A stretch of 64,000 nt of DNA from Bugula neritina (Eukaryota > Animalia > Bryozoa): NCBI GenBank assembly GCA_964035545.1, contig OZ037770.1, positions 6,334,729 to 6,398,728 on the forward strand. Direction: 5' to 3'. Shown here in pieces: positions 39,176 through 55,957 of this stretch. The notes under the pieces are model-generated. The model was not told the DNA's origin. It made no database searches and worked only from the letters and a program-made list of their open reading frames with translations. How positions within the stretch are numbered: the first letter of the stretch is position 1; each line of letters opens with the position of its first letter. The position numbers and the translations under genes are program-made.

Positions 39176-42100
39176 TTATAAATACTGTCCCATTGAGCTT
39201 GCTTGTCGAATTGGAGTTAAAGATGGGACAGGGAATTTAGGGTGATAAGAACTTGACAGCGAAAACTGAGACTCATTCTGTCGCAGCTTGACCAGTTTGG
39301 CAGCAACTTTCTCCTCTCGCTGTTTTGTTCTAAAATAAGAATCAAATAGTATAATGCAAAGCTTAATATTGATAACGCATTTTGTTAAGTTTGTTACAGC
39401 AAAACCATATTCTAGAGGAGAGATTAAACTGCGGGTTTTGTAAGAACAGCTTAATGCATTGAACCGTCAGTTATATAGTGATACACCATTTAGGTGTAAT
39501 AATATACATAAGGTTAATATTTCTATACTTCAATTTCTTTAGCAATTTTAATAAACTTCCTAATGCAATTTACAGATATTAAAATTATATACAAATTAAA
39601 TAGAAGTAGCAGCAGCCACCAAGAAATCGTCGGGAGAGAAAAAAATGTAAAGTTTATTGTCGCTGCAAACCTTTTAAAAAACAACACTTGGATTATTTAA
39701 ATGGAAAAGTTACATGGTACGGTTAAAAAGCATCCATTTTGCTGCAATTACTCTAATCAATCTATGCAAAATATTAAAAACTTTCTAGTAAAAAATTATG
39801 GTAATGTGAAAAAATAGCTTACCCGATCAGACAAACAGCTCCGATAACCAGGAAAGTAAGCACAGTAAAAACTATGACACCTATTGCTATTGCCCAGTAT
39901 AACAGTGGTCCTAAAAAATCAGCCAATACAAGCAATTTAATTTTGTCAGAAACAATTGTAACAATGATTCACTTTGCATCATTTGCATCGTTGCATCATT
40001 CATTTGTTTACACTTTGTTTACATTTACCCTTATATCTTTAAATATCTATAAATAGTTCATAGCTTTCAATTTCAAGACTTTGTAATATTTCATCTTTCC
40101 ACTAGCAGCCTTTGATACAAAATTTTTCTGGACTCTCTACCCTTTGCCTCAATAAACATTGTCTTTGAAGCTTTTAATTAGTTTTTATATAATGAAGTGT
40201 TTAAAACATATTTATCCAACACTACTATCTGAATATAAATTACAATTCTAACCACCATCACCTTCAGCTAGACCTCCAAAAGAAGCTTCATCTTTGAAAG
40301 TCACTGACGGACCAAGTCTATCAGCAATTCCAGCTCTCAGAGTTGCACTAAAACCTGGAGGTATCTGAGTATGTTTGTATTGAAAAGAAGGTCCTTGATT
40401 CAAATTTGATATTCTAATATCTGACAGACATGTTTTTGGCTTTGGACAGATCTTGAGAAGAAAATATCTTTGAATCTGTAAATACAACCTGGTAAGATAA
40501 TTTCTTTTTGCGTATTAAACGATTTGTGCAGCTTAGTCAACATCTCCATTTGTTTCTTGTTTACAAAATAATTTGTAAATTTTTTTTCTGAACGATTGAT
40601 TGAATTGCTTTACAGCTTTACAGCTTGTATATAAACCATTTAAAACGCAGACAGATATTTGTAATAGAGAAAAGCATTACATTTTTTGATGTCATCTATA
40701 ATTTTTTACAAAACTCATTCTAATTAACAAAAGGTACCAACCTGATTTATTAAACTATTTATATAAGTATGTATTTCATATATTTTAAAATATGCAGTTT
40801 ATCGATGTTTGCCAAACATAGTTTTACATTATGTTATAGTAAAACACTCACACTGTTTGGTATGACATCCCAATAAAAGGTAATATTTGAAGCATCTATT
40901 TTGTACTTTGCATTAATGGGTTGTGCCGGGGCTAAAAAAACACAACGTTTTAAAGCTGCTTTCTATATGCATCTGAAATTAAATTCTGTATTATGTTAGC
41001 CATGAGTCTTGTTATTTATAAGTATCATCTATAGATAACATTATATTTTAACAAGGCTTGCATTCTTTCATAAAATCGTCTTCTTTTTACTTGTCACTTA
41101 AACTTAGACACACCCACAAACGTAGAATACAAGTATTCAGAACAGACGTGATGTTTCAGGTAATAAGCTATAAGTAAGTAATAGTTTTTCTGAATACGAA
41201 AATTACAATTGAGCACATGAAAAAGCAAAAATAAAGTTCCGACTAAATTTAACATGCCTACGAATCATGCCAATGCGGAACAGTACAATGAAGTACATAA
41301 AATAACAATAAAATAGCATTCAGTGAGTAAGTGCTTTAACAAACAAAATGAAAAAGAAACATTTTGTTAGAAAATTGCTTTCTTACAAGAATGGAAAACG
41401 GAGGTGTATTTGGTTGAGGAAAGTTGTTCTCCATTAATTACAGCTGAGGTCCATGATTCGAAGTAGTAAGTTTTTCCATGAAAAATTTTAAAAAGTTTAA
41501 AGACTTCATCAGCGACCTAAAACATTTGAAAAACAAGCCCTTGCTACATGTGTCGTAAAAATATATTTTTGTATCTTGAGTGTATCTACTTTTGTGGTTG
41601 ATTTGTGTTGCTATCTTATCAGCTGAGGGTCATTTCTTGGCAACTCAACAATGGTCGAACGGACCCGCCTAAAGTTGCGCTTATACTTCTGCTGAAAAAA
41701 GTATCGGTTTTCAGTTAATAACGCTTGTCCGGGCTTATTGCCAAACTGAAAACTGTTGAAATCATATTGGTGTGGAAGCTTACATTCAACATATAAAGTA
41801 TGACCCGCCTAATTGCTATTAGATGCCCTTTGTAAATGTCGTGGATTAAAAAAACGCTCTCAGCATAAAAGCAATAATTGAGAAAGTGTAAGCAATATAA
41901 TTATTAACATATAAGTATGTCATCGTTATGAAAATTCATAAATACATAACGATGCTTACAAAGAGTAATTACTCCTTTTGAGCGTTATTCTGGATTTGAC
42001 CAATTAGGTTATCACAATACAACTACAATGCAATGCAACTTGGAAAAATTTCCACCTACCATGGCCAAATTTTATTTTTGACTGAAAATGGTGAAAGTAT

Positions 42101-45100
42101 AAATGCAACGTAAGAGTGTTTTTTCAACCTTGAATACAATATTCCAAAGCATGTCAAATAAGAGCAACTTTTGATAGAAGCACTAATATAGTCTTTTGTG
42201 AGCAAAAATTAGTTAAACATTGTTTTTGTTTCATAAATTTCAACACTGAAAGTCAACTTGGGGGATTCATGTCTTGGTGACGTTTCAAGACATATTTTTT
42301 TTACTATCATAGATGGATTGATGATACTTCTACTTACACGTATGTAATTTAAATTCAAACAATTAGTTTGTTCAAATTTTTGAGGTAAAGTTTATGTCAC
42401 ATTGATTCAAAGCCAAAATATTTGCTAATTTTTCAAATTGTTGAAATGCACATTTTTAAACATTTAGGATCATAATATTTTAAGCATTAAACAACTATGT
42501 ACTATATATTGCATTATAATCAATTCAGATTCCAATGGTATATAAGTGAGATCACAATCATGCATATGTTAGAATTTTAAAGATGTGAAATTGTGCAATA
42601 TTTTATGAAAGTAAAACTTGTTGCATATTATAACGGGAAATATGTGAGACTCTGCATAAAGGTGCTGCTGGACATATTTTTAAAAATCTTTCTGTAATGT
42701 GGGGAAGAAGTTTAATGAACAATAAATATAAAAGTTAGGTTGTTTTGTGCATCTGTAATGTATAAGATAAAGTCATCACAATATTAGGCAACACCTCAAA
42801 CTTTTGTTCGAGGGTTTATAAATTTTAAAAATTCTTGCAAACAGGTATGGCAAAAATGCTTGTAATGGTGCATGTCAACATCAAAATATTTATGGCTTAA
42901 AACGCTATGTACCAGAAAACATTTCTTTTCCTTAATACTTGCGGCGAATACTTTACTTCAATTAGAATCATGCAAAAGAGATCATCCAAGATAGTATGAA
43001 ATATAGTGTACGTGCGTGTGTGTCTGTTTGTGTGTTTTGATCTGTGGGTTTGTGTTTGTTTGTGTTTGCGTGTGTGTGTTTGTAATTAACAAAATCAAAT
43101 GCAAGTAACTTTAAACTATATATAACTGAAAACTAAAACTGGCAACATTGAGGTGTAGGGCCAACCTTCTGTAGTAGTATTGGCTCAGAGTTATCGCTAG
43201 TGCTCTGGAGATGAAGTTGATCATAATTATTAAACTCTGCTGAAGGCAGAATAACATCTACTTGAAGTTCATCTTCTGTCCTAGTGATCTTCATATCTGT
43301 AGGTGGAAGGGGATCTGTCAAAATAAAAGTCTTTGCCATTATTTTATTTGTTTTCTCATCAATTATTCTATCATTGAACATGTAGCCTAAATTTTATTGA
43401 ACTTTAGAGGAGATCGTGTTGCTTCGTACAACAAAAATTGATCAATCAGCAAACGCCGCTTCTCTTGCATGCACATGTTACATAATGTGTTGTAAAAAGT
43501 TGTTTAGCGTTTACAGAGCTAATTTAAAAAAAAGTAAATTTGATCAGAGTCAGTTCACAGTTTTTACAAGATGAGAGTATCTGAAAGGATTTACTCACTC
43601 AGTATCAGGTCATACACAGGGCCTGTACTCCTACTCTTAGTTTGCTCTATTACTAATGTGTAATAGAGTTTGTAAGCTTGCCCAAACTTTGCGTATTTTA
43701 TTTTAGTCTAAAACAAGCACATGTAATAATAGATCAGCTTAGCAGTTAGAGTGACCTAATCGTTACCTGCGCAGTATATGAGCATGTAACAACATATTAA
43801 ATGACTCTCTAAATCAAAAGGTTTTACAAGCAGTCAAACGTCAAAATATTCATGAATGAAGTGCTGTCAAATAGTTCAATTAAAATGAGATTCATAAGCT
43901 TTTTATGAAGTTTGTAATGTGCTATAGTGAGTTTACAATTTTAAAACATCTGCTTATATTCAGGTCAAGCAATGCTATTTTAGCTGTGAAAGTGTGTTGT
44001 TATTTCAAAGTTGCTTACATGCAGGTCTAAACTATGCTTAAAAATCCGTGATGACTTGTCACGCATAATGTTTAGGTTGCTGGCTCAAACATTTATTAGT
44101 CAATAATTTGTGCGTTAAATGCTAATACTCGCCAATGGGCGTTTCTTTTCAAATCTACGTCATTGGTACAGTATAACTTTAAACATTATAAAGTCAAAAT
44201 GCAAATTATATGAACCTGTTTTAAATCGGCTCTCTAAAAATTAAAACTTGAATTGAAATTCTAAAAGTGGACTAGCTAATGAAAACTAGCCAAAAACATC
44301 AAAGTTGCATGAGTTTTTTGCGCTGTTCACTCATCATGTTATCCAAACAAAAATCTGCACACAACAGCCCAGTATTGGGCTAGACAGACTTTCTGCATGT
44401 AGTCCTGGCGAGCAATCCACGTCATGTGACACTAGCCTTAATAATGTCATTAAAGTTTAATTTCAAGTTACATGACATCATATTTTAACATTGGAAACTA
44501 TGTGTAGTTAAACTAAATTTTTTCACTGTTACAATAAACCTAATTCTAATACTTACCACCGTTGAGCTAGTATGAGTTACAGAAACTCCTGAAGTTTGAG
44601 GTATGATAATAAGTTCAAGAGTCAGTCGCGGGCTAGGAGTGACCTCTTCTCTTTCAACTTTGACTATTGGTTGAGAGTCACTAGATACTTCTATACTGGT
44701 ATTTAAAATTCTAGGAGCTTCCCCATCTACACCAAATGTCTCAGAGTACAACACATCATATTCAGGTATATATACTAGGCTAAATTGGATTCTATGTGTT
44801 CATGTATATCATAACAAAATGCATGTAACAGATTTTTTAATATGTGCAATTATTTACAGAGTATAACATCATTGATGCTGTCAGCACAAGATTTCAAACA
44901 AATTGTTATGTGCATTATAAATTATCAAAAATGCATAATTCAAAGAAAAAGGACAAAATTGAAGTTCTGGCAGTCTACCTTTACAAGGTAAAAGTAAGTC
45001 TTGAACCTTGTTGCTGTGTAGCCTAATCGCATACATATATAGTTGCAATAAAACTTTTTTGATTGCATAACATAAAAATATGTGCAATGGCATAACTGAC

Positions 45101-47670
45101 TGGCCAGGAGAGGTGCTCTGAGATGGAGAAATGTCTACGGGCATGTCTAGAGGACAAGAAATTAAGTGATGATATAATAGTAGAAATTTGACAGCTTTAT
45201 TATAAATCTGGTTAAATAAAAAAACTAGAAATATTGTTTAAATTATTTTTTTCAAAAATTGCTCTGGAGCTCAACCGAAACAAGCAGATTAAACTGAAGG
45301 AAAATTAATCTAGTCAGTGAATACTGCATAACTTTTCAGTCTTGAACAAGGAGTATATGTTTGTTTTTCTGCTAGTTTCAGTATCAAGCAACTTGTGTCA
45401 ATTGTCAATATCTAACTGAAGAAATAGGAACCACATCATATAAAAAAGTATAAGTGATAAACTTGAAGTTGAAGATACATTAATTTTGAGCATTCTTGGC
45501 TTTTTAAAAATAGCTATGAAATGAACAAAGATAAACCAAATAGTTACCAATCACTACTGGTGTACTTGTTGTTCCTGATGGATACCATTCAGAAACTTGG
45601 CCTTCTCCTGTAACGGCTGAAAGTAACTGACAGGTTAAGAGTTTTCCTTTGGGATTTGGTCTGTCATCGCGTCTATTATAGTTTATTGTCACTCTTCGGT
45701 TGATATTTTTTTCTGTATGGAAAACATTTTTTTCTCGAAATTACTTGTTGAATTCAAATAAACTATGTAATAGACCAAATACAAAAATATTTTAATTTTT
45801 TGAAAAACTGACAATAGTGGCAGTTTGAGCAAACAAAGACTTGGTTTAGCTGTATGTACCACCTAAAAGACAGGGGTAAATGGTTAATAAAGATAGGCAA
45901 ATGTGACGTTACAAGAATTTCCTAATCATAGTTAAATATCAGCATTAACTAAATACTGCAGTGTGGTAACAATACCAGATGCCCAGTTAATTGACTGCAG
46001 GTTAGAAAACAGCTGGATAGGTACAAATAAAATTGAAAGAGTAGAACATATCCTTGATATGATATTTGCTAGGTTTCCTTGAATTGATCTCAACTTGATT
46101 TCTATCAGATCAATCTAAGAAAAGTGCTCAGTGCAAATGCTTATCTATGATGCTTTTATATTTGGATTTTGCAAAGTTGCGTCTCTCAAGTGAATGGTAT
46201 TGTTGTGGATCTTGAGAGTCATCATATCCATGTAAACTTATAGTAACTATGTGTTTTATTACAATAAATACTTATGACATATTTTTAATGCTGTAATTAT
46301 AGCTAAGGTGTTGGCGAAACTTTTTAATGCCCTAAATATCGTAATTACTATTAACTTTTTATAGCGTAGTAAATAGTTTATTATTATCCATTCTTTCGTC
46401 TCATGTAAATTTTTCACGCTCAAAGTTGGGTTGACAGACATTATAAATATCTAGGAGGATGTTCATAAACTTATTCGAGGTAGGTAGGTTTGAAATTATG
46501 CTGCAAGTAACTTACAAAATACATTTTTACGCTACATTTACATTTATTTCCAGTGCCTTTGTTTTTGTATCGTTTGCCATCTGTAACTCTAATAAGAAAT
46601 TCCAATGTCAACTAACAAAATGGCTGTTATCCTTATTAGTACTTTGCATACTGACTAGTAATAAATTATCCTTGTTATTAGCGCCAAAGTTTTAGTCCTT
46701 TTACTTCTAAGGATGATCCAAAAACTTTTATGGCTTCAGATCAAACTGAGTTCGTGCTGAACAGACCGACTAGCTCAGATCAATTGACATATTATAGACC
46801 TTTTGACACCTTTCTATTAAAAAAAAACTTGTTAAATCTGTTTTGAGATCATTTCTTGAACAGCGATGTTAGTAAAACCTAGATTAGCTCCAGATTTCAC
46901 ATTTTCCAGATAAAAGTAGTAGGTAACCCATGAGCAAGTTGCTAACATACCAGGAGGGTAAACTTTAACTTGAACCAGTATAAGAATAGTTTTGGAATTT
47001 TCTTCTGCCCATTGGCAGAGTTTTATGTGTCTGGCCTTAAATGGAGTATTGAAATATTCTCGTCCAACTGTTGGATAGGGCTGGTATCGTTCCGCTCTGA
47101 GCACTCTGTCATCTGGTGAATATTGCTCACATGCAGATGGTGCACTAATTGATGAGAATATTTTTACTACAGTGAGGAGTTCACCTAGAAGCAATTTATA
47201 AGTTAGTCGAATAGTAATCAGCGAAAGCACAGTGTCTTTAAATTAATTGATATACTAAAATTCTTGTTTATGCCAACATAATAATGCATGCAAATCAGAG
47301 TGTGAACCAACTAATTCCAAGAGCAAATTCCCCTGCGCTACAGAGCCTGAATATCTTGAGACAAAACTCACAAGTTTCTATAGAATCTTTATTGCAAGTA
47401 AAATGGCATAAAAATGTAGGCATAAAGTTATAAACTTACTGCAATATATAGGATAACAGTATCCTGGGTGATTATAGAGTTCTATCAAAGAAATATCCAC
47501 TGATTCTCCTAAATCTACTCGCCACCAGTTTACCTTGTTCTGTAACGTTTCTGTTGCATCGTATCCATACCGATTATTCACAGCTCTGAATGCTCCAGCT
47601 GTGTACCCATCTGCCCTCACTACAGTACTACTTTGATATGCTTGTTTGTTGTAGGCCATGTTGGTGTCAC
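39176..47670 (-). CDS. Type I membrane protein: F-type lectin (FTP/F5-8C-like) domain, FN3 repeats, TM helix, short cytoplasmic tail
   Basis: Approximate exons: 47670-47440 (NMAYNKQAYQSST...RAV...WWRVDLG...IELYN), 47145-46951, 45715-45548, 44775-44556, 43708-43598, 43315-43166 (PLPPTDMKI), 41517-41385, 40931-40852 (PAQPINAK..ITFYW), 40475-40252, 39911-39823 (TM WAIAIGVIVFTVLTFLVIGAVCLI), 39329-39176 (stop). 5' end uncertain. Confidence 0.72.
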
Positions 47671-47996
47671 CTAAGAGAAATAAATTTTGTGCATAATTTT
47701 TTTTTGTCTCAAAATTAACATCTTTGGGCTCCAGTTTGTTTATCTTGGCGCTTGGACCTACAATACATCTGTTAAAGCAAATGAATAATGAGTCATAACC
47801 TTGAGTTGATTTTATGTGACAGCTACATATTTAGCCATGTGAACCATTAGTTTACTATTATATGAACTGTCAGTTGACTGTTTGCAAAATTGGTTTACAA
47901 GGCGGAATTAACATCAGTTTACTATACATAATATTACTATGAGATCATGTGAAATCTCAACCCTTACCCGCACCATGTAAGATCTTTCCTAACTAT

Positions 47997-48373
47997 AATT
48001 GGTTCATTTTACTGCTAATAAAAATGGGCTTTTGCCCAAAACTAACAAACTATCAATAAATAAATCTAAATAATCAAGGTTATTTTTAATTTTCCTTGAT
48101 ATTCCATGTTTTTTCCTCTTTACAGCTACTTTTGATTGCAAAGCATTATATTTGTTTCATAACAGTCCTCAATCCAAATAAGCTAAATAAATAAGAAAAA
48201 CATGAGAATACATGCGAAATTAAAAAGAACCTTGATTATTTAGGTGAATTTTTTGATTTTTCACTAATTTTGGGCAAAAGCTGGTGCATGTTCATTAACA
48301 GCTAAATTGTGAAAAATAGCCAAAAACTGGTGATTTCCAGTGGATACCAAATTAAGTATAAAATGACCCAATT
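47997..48373. mobile_element. Palindromic foldback/MITE-like element
   Basis: gcttttgcccaaaa...ctaaataatcaaggtt.tttttaatt (from 48028) mirrored up to 48281; outer aattggttcatttta / taaaatgacccaatt. Confidence 0.65.
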
Positions 48374-49201
48374 GCAAATGATGTACAAACTATTTGATGA
48401 AGTCGGATAATGTGAAAGAGTTTTATTTTAAGTAACTGCATGATTAGTGTTTTAATAAGAAAACAATCTAATTTTCAAAAATAAAAAGAATCAAGCTGGA
48501 AGATGAATTGACAAAAATTATATTGACTGTATAATGCAACAGTCAATCCAGCACCTCAGTAGATAAAATTCTAGCCAAAAAAATAGAAGCCAAGTTCAAT
48601 ACAAAACCTGATGCTAACCTAGGACATGTTCCAATATCACTAATTACTCCAAAAAAACTATACTTCACTAGAATTGAGTGACTTTATCAGCTTAAAAAAG
48701 TAGTACATACATTTCAATGTTTGAGCCTCTTAATAGGCTTAATGAGGTAGCATGCATACATGTCGCATAGATGACTAATTATTATAAACCTCTGTCATCA
48801 AAGAGAAACATAAAAAAGTTTTTAAAATAAATTTCTCAAGAAAAGCTTGACTAACGTTAAAATTTAAACATGCATGTGAGAAAAAACTCTGAAAAATGTC
48901 TAAAACAAACCGCACAATCCATACACCTTCATAGCTACACAAGCTATATGCACTAATTTCAATTGGGTATATTAAGACATATCAAAATCTGCTTTGTCTT
49001 ACATGTAAATTATAGACAACTAAAGTATATTTTAGGCACTCTAAACTTAAGTTTCATAGACTCTTAACTAATGTATAAAGCTCTACAAGACATCTTAGAG
49101 CTTTGCTCAGCTAAGAGAATTGAACATGGTGCATGTAAATATGAGTGAAGTTAGAAATAACAGAATTAAAATCTTGAAAGCCCTTGTTTAGGCTGGTATA
49201 T

Positions 49202-49847
49202 TGTAATGGATTTCAGATTATGTTATTATCGAAAGGATAACTCTTGGTGGCTTACTCTCTATACGCTTGGCATAATGGCTATAAGTACTGGAGATCAATT
49301 ATCATAATAGCTGACAATTGGAATGCGTACAATCTGCTGGACAATTATTGCTAGCTACTAATGCACGCAGTTAAACAAGGCAAGACTAGTTAAATGGAAT
49401 CAACAACTGTAGGAGGCGTAGATGGTTTGCACTGGCAGTTAGCTGCTTAGTAGCAGATGCTAGTGTTATGCTTATGGTGATGGAGTTAATTAGTAGCGAC
49501 AGAGACGACTCGGCGTAGACGGTTACCCGACAATATCTTACAGGCGACAGTGGCACCACTAACGCTAGCCAATCAGGACAGTCACACTAATTGATAGCAG
49601 GTGGAGCTAGCTACTTGTAGTTGCAGTGCGCTGAGTAGCTAGCCGGCAGAGCAGCTTGGGACTTCATTTAGAACAGTTGTGTATTAAAGCTCACTAATTA
49701 TGTAATCGTTTTCTATTCATGTTAGCAGTAAATAACCTTCTTATATTTGTGTAAATAATAAAGTATCTTATCGTAAACAACCTGTCGCAGTGGCTTTGAT
49801 TAAGTAGACCCACAAATAATAATAGTGAACTGGCAAAATTCACTACA
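49202..49847 (+). mobile_element. Solo LTR related to Gypsy family 1 (646 bp, long variant)
   Basis: TGTAATGGATTTCAG...AATTCACTACA; perfect ATAT TSD (49198-49201 and 49848-49851); 3' ~300 bp nearly matches the 1213-1618 LTR. Confidence 0.92.
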
Positions 49848-52079
49848 ATATAGTGTGAGCAAGATCAAATCAGTTTTTTTTCTTACAAAATAGTGATCTC
49901 ACCATGATTAATAGGTCAGTACAGTTTTCTTTTCCTGTGTAATGAATCAAATGATCAGAATTCTATAGTTTTAATTGTGGTAAAGATATTCAGTAGGTTT
50001 AACTTTCACATTTCTATTTACATGATCTAAAAGCAATAGATGCTGTTGATTTCTGCACTCAAACATATTGGTTCCTAATCTCTGCCTTGCTATATAATTC
50101 TGCAGACAGAGTATTAGGACATAGTAGTTTAATATTAGTACTCAACGTCAACTGAGAAGTTCATTGATGGAAAATCATTTATTGTACTGAGTGGATATCC
50201 CAGGTTACCAAACTAAATTTAGCAGAACAGTTTGAAATTTCACAATACCTTGATAAAATTGATGTATTTGTTTAGAATATTACTTGCATATGTGCTATAT
50301 ATATAGCTATATTGCAGCCAAACTTATATGGCAAGTGAGGATCAGAAGCCACTGAATGAAATGTTAGGATATTGATTACTGCTAAGCCGGAGGAATGAGT
50401 TGATGTTGCAAGAAGCTTAATTTTACAGAAATGGAGTTATATGGACAGCAGCAGGCCATCTTTGCAAGGTTTAAGAAATTAACTCAAGTGCAATAAGTTC
50501 ATTACCAGCTAAACGATGTAAGGGAGAATTTATATTCTTCACTTACCACATAGTATCTAATAACAAACTAGAACCAAATTCAAAGTTGGTGCCGTCAAAC
50601 TAATTTAGAGGAACTGCGGCCCAAATTTAATATTGCTAAATTTTTAAACAGCTCAATCAAAGAATATTTTAGTGGTGATGAGAAGATTGATGGCGAAAAA
50701 ACTACAATGCTATCTGCAAGCTAAGATTTTTTCAATAAAATATTGAAGATTTTAGTCAACAAAAAGAGAAAGAAGAATTAATAAGTCAACAATTGCTTTG
50801 GCAAATAGTTCAGAGTTAAAGATTATTTGTCCATTTTCAACACGATGATGCTGTACTTGTGAGATATGGTAGAAGAGATGGTGTTGTGCTGGAGGTGGAG
50901 GCTCTGCAATCTAACCAAATCTAGACCCTAACAGAACCAAAACAGCTGCAGTGATTTAATAATCACGGTGAGACTACTCTTTGAGGGGAAAGAAAAAAAC
51001 AAGTTGTTTGACCATGTTCATATAAAAAGCTATTATAGTTTCTAAAAGGGCTAGATAATATAATGTAGGCAACAGTGCAAACCAAATTTGAGAATTAGAC
51101 AGCAAATTATAACTGCTATAGTATAGCCAACTGGGCTGGCCTATAGTACGTTGGGTTAAGGCAGCTTGCATCGTGAAGAAAAATTGCTAAAACATTTATA
51201 AGACTACGATACCTTATGATGAATAATAGTGTATAAACTGCAAATTTTTAAACTTAATATTGTTATAAAGAAAAATGTTTAGGACTTTCTATATATTTTA
51301 TGTAGTTGAATAAAAGGTCTTAAACAGATGTTAGAGTAGCAACATTACTATATTTTGATTATTATCTTATCCTAATGTAGAACAAATATATTATTGTTTA
51401 ATTACCAATTGTTGTATTAAATTGCTGGAATTGTTAAAATTATTGAAAGTCAATTTCGTTTTTGAAACTGTTAAACCTGCATAGCTAAACACAGAGTTAG
51501 GAGATGTTAACATGCATAATAGTCACCTATGCTTTAGAATGACCCAAAATTTACAAAAAAGATTGAATTAACTTTCAACTGAAAGCTGATAATTAATTCA
51601 CAATTTGGTGCAAAGGTAATGAATATCCAAAAAAATCAAACACAGGTTGGCTGTCAATCGTATGCCAGTTAAAAGCAATGCAATGGCAGCTCTTGTCTCA
51701 GGACCATGTCTACTTAAACTGGATGCAAAAAAATTCACAATGGTTGCTGAAAAATGTGCGGCTTTGTAAACAGAAAGTCATGTCAGCAGATACTTTAACT
51801 AATGGCTACTTATAGCTATAATTTATAGAATGTATATAGTTATTCTTAGAAGGCTGCAAGGCAAAAACATCATAGTACAATGATACTATATATTAGGTGA
51901 TAATGAAGAAATTCTATAATTCATGCTTACAAACAACATCTAGAAACCTGTATTATGCTGTTATAATAGAAATTACAATTTCATAACGTTATACCAACAG
52001 TTTACTTCAAACATGTTTATCATTCTACAATGATATAGCAAACATGCATGCAGTGTATTATATAATATGGAATCACTTA

Positions 52080-53513
<1,434 letters not shown>

Positions 53514-55957
53514 CTACAATATACGCATCAGCCAAAGTGCAATTACATGTGTAATTAACAAAAAGACCTAAACTTATTTATTTCTTAATCAATTTCGTGA
53601 TAATTATGTGAATTAAAAAATTTCAGTTAAAATAATATTTTGCTAAAACTATGCTTTGATCTAATATATTTTACATTTGCTGCTAGTTTTGTTTTGCTTT
53701 ACTATTGCCTATAGCAATCAGTTTTTACATTCTGCAAAACAAGCAATCCTAATAATCCTTGGTTCTGCTTTACTGATGACAAGCCTTATTTATATATTTG
53801 AATTGCTCAAAATTTTGCTAGATAAACTTATTTTTGGTAAAAATACAACTTAAACAAATTAAACAGGCTTGCTTACCTGTTACTAGCAATGATTGTGTAC
53901 AGGTAGAATATATGTTGCACTGTCTTCATGATTTAAACACAAAGATATAAATACTGTTGAGTAGAATTGTTGTACTATCTAATTCACTGCTTTTATTAAC
54001 GCTTATAGTTAAAATTGTAAATTGCAGATATAGAAAATTTTTGAAATTTTTCAAGGATCAACAAACAACCATAAATTAAAACTTTGATTGTTGAAGCAAT
54101 CTTCAGCTATATTTTTTCTCATTTTTCAATATACACACTTTCAACATCTCTGCATATATGGTATAATCGATTTACAAGTAAAAGTTGCTTTCTACTAGTA
54201 GAGATGTAGTTATATCCCACTATGGAGAGTACAGGCAACAACAATCTGAAGTTTGGTTGCTACATACTGTAAAATTTTAACTATGCTATAGGACTGTTAT
54301 TTTATTCAATAGTTATTATTCTTGAAATATTATTATTATAACTCACTTATAATGTCTTCACCACATTTGTTACAACGGGTCAAACAGTTTTTGATGAAAT
54401 AATGTTAATTATGATGTCATTAAACTTGATGTCAACTTATGCATTCAAGTCCCACGCAATTCCATGAGGACCTTTGCTACATATGCGCTATAATAAAGTC
54501 TGTTTAAGCCTACACAGGATAGTTAAGGGCATCCTCCACATAAATATGATGAATTTGTAGTCTCAGTTCTTAATTATTATTTCTCTGTGGGTGGTGTGCG
54601 TGTTGCCTACTAATCATAATATAGCATGAGGTTTAGCCGTGACCAATAAACAGCCACATCTACTAGAGCTGCACCTCTTCGAATTATTATTATTTGTGCA
54701 GTCAATGTTGAGTTTGCTCAGTGTCTGTGGTTAATTATCATCAATTTATCATAGGCTGCATGTATTACAACATGGCATTCTCTTCTCATCAAGTTACAGC
54801 TCAATAATAAGCCTACTATTTGGTGATTGAAATTATATCAATTTAAATTATTATGTTTTACCCAGTTGGATTACAAAAGCCCTCAATACTTTTTTAATCT
54901 TGTTACCTTTTGGGAAATTTTTTCAGAATGGCTATGTAACAAATAATCTAAATTGTACTCCCTTTTAAACTAAGGTTGAGATTATTGACTATTAGCTTTC
55001 TATCCATAGATGCCATTGGCATGACTGTAACACTTTCTGTGAGAGAAGGCAGTTCTAGTTCTACATCTTTTTAATCAAAGCAGCAAATAGTGATGATATG
55101 ACTCATCAAACACAGTGGCCCTGCTTAGTAAGGTAGCATTGTGAAAAATACCAATATGAGAAACATAGTATGGTTATGAGTTTACGGCTAATTTCTATCC
55201 CAAACATACATATACAATGCATATTTTAGATTCAAGTTTTATTTTGCTATCTATACTACAGATTATTCAAAGCTGTTTAGTGTAAGGCAGTGTACTATAT
55301 TATATTTTAAAGAGTCTTTCTATTGAACGGGGATGCAAGGATGTTTTATGGCCTTGTGACTACATCACTTCATAATCAATTATCTGTTTTAACATTTAAC
55401 TAGTGTAGTGAAAATAATAAATAACATACTGGAGCCACTTGAACCTTGTAAGAAGCTGACTTCAGTGATGGTAGTTTACTTGTTAATTGGTAATTTAACT
55501 AGGTTGGTGCGTCTACGCACTATAATAGAGGGAATTTAGGAATTTAAGTCATGGGTGCTTAGGTTAAAATATCAAAAATTTTAATTGATATAAAAATAAA
55601 AAATGCAAAACTTAAACTAATGCTAATCAACAATGCTTATATATAAACTTTCCATTATAAAACTTGTTGCCCAAATTTGGAATTAAACCACAGACATTTG
55701 GTTTTTAAGCTGATGAGCTATGACAGTCACATCAAAACTTCTAAATTCTGCCTTAACCCATTGTGGTCATACAATTAGCTAGGGTGCTGTTTTCGATAGC
55801 TACAATTAATATTTGCTACAGCCAGACCCACACAACCTGTTGTTTTTGTGGTTGCATTACGTAGGAGCAGTTGCTGCTTGGAATTACTAAAATACAAAAA
55901 TTGCGCCTTTTCTGACTCAGTGCAGGGTTATTCAGTTCAGTTACAAACAAGATAGCC

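Noticed and set aside
54513-54560. True RSS or ProtoRAG element
   Set aside because: No nonamer at 12/23 spacing, family TSD is 2 bp rather than 5 bp, and no RAG2-like gene is visible in the window.
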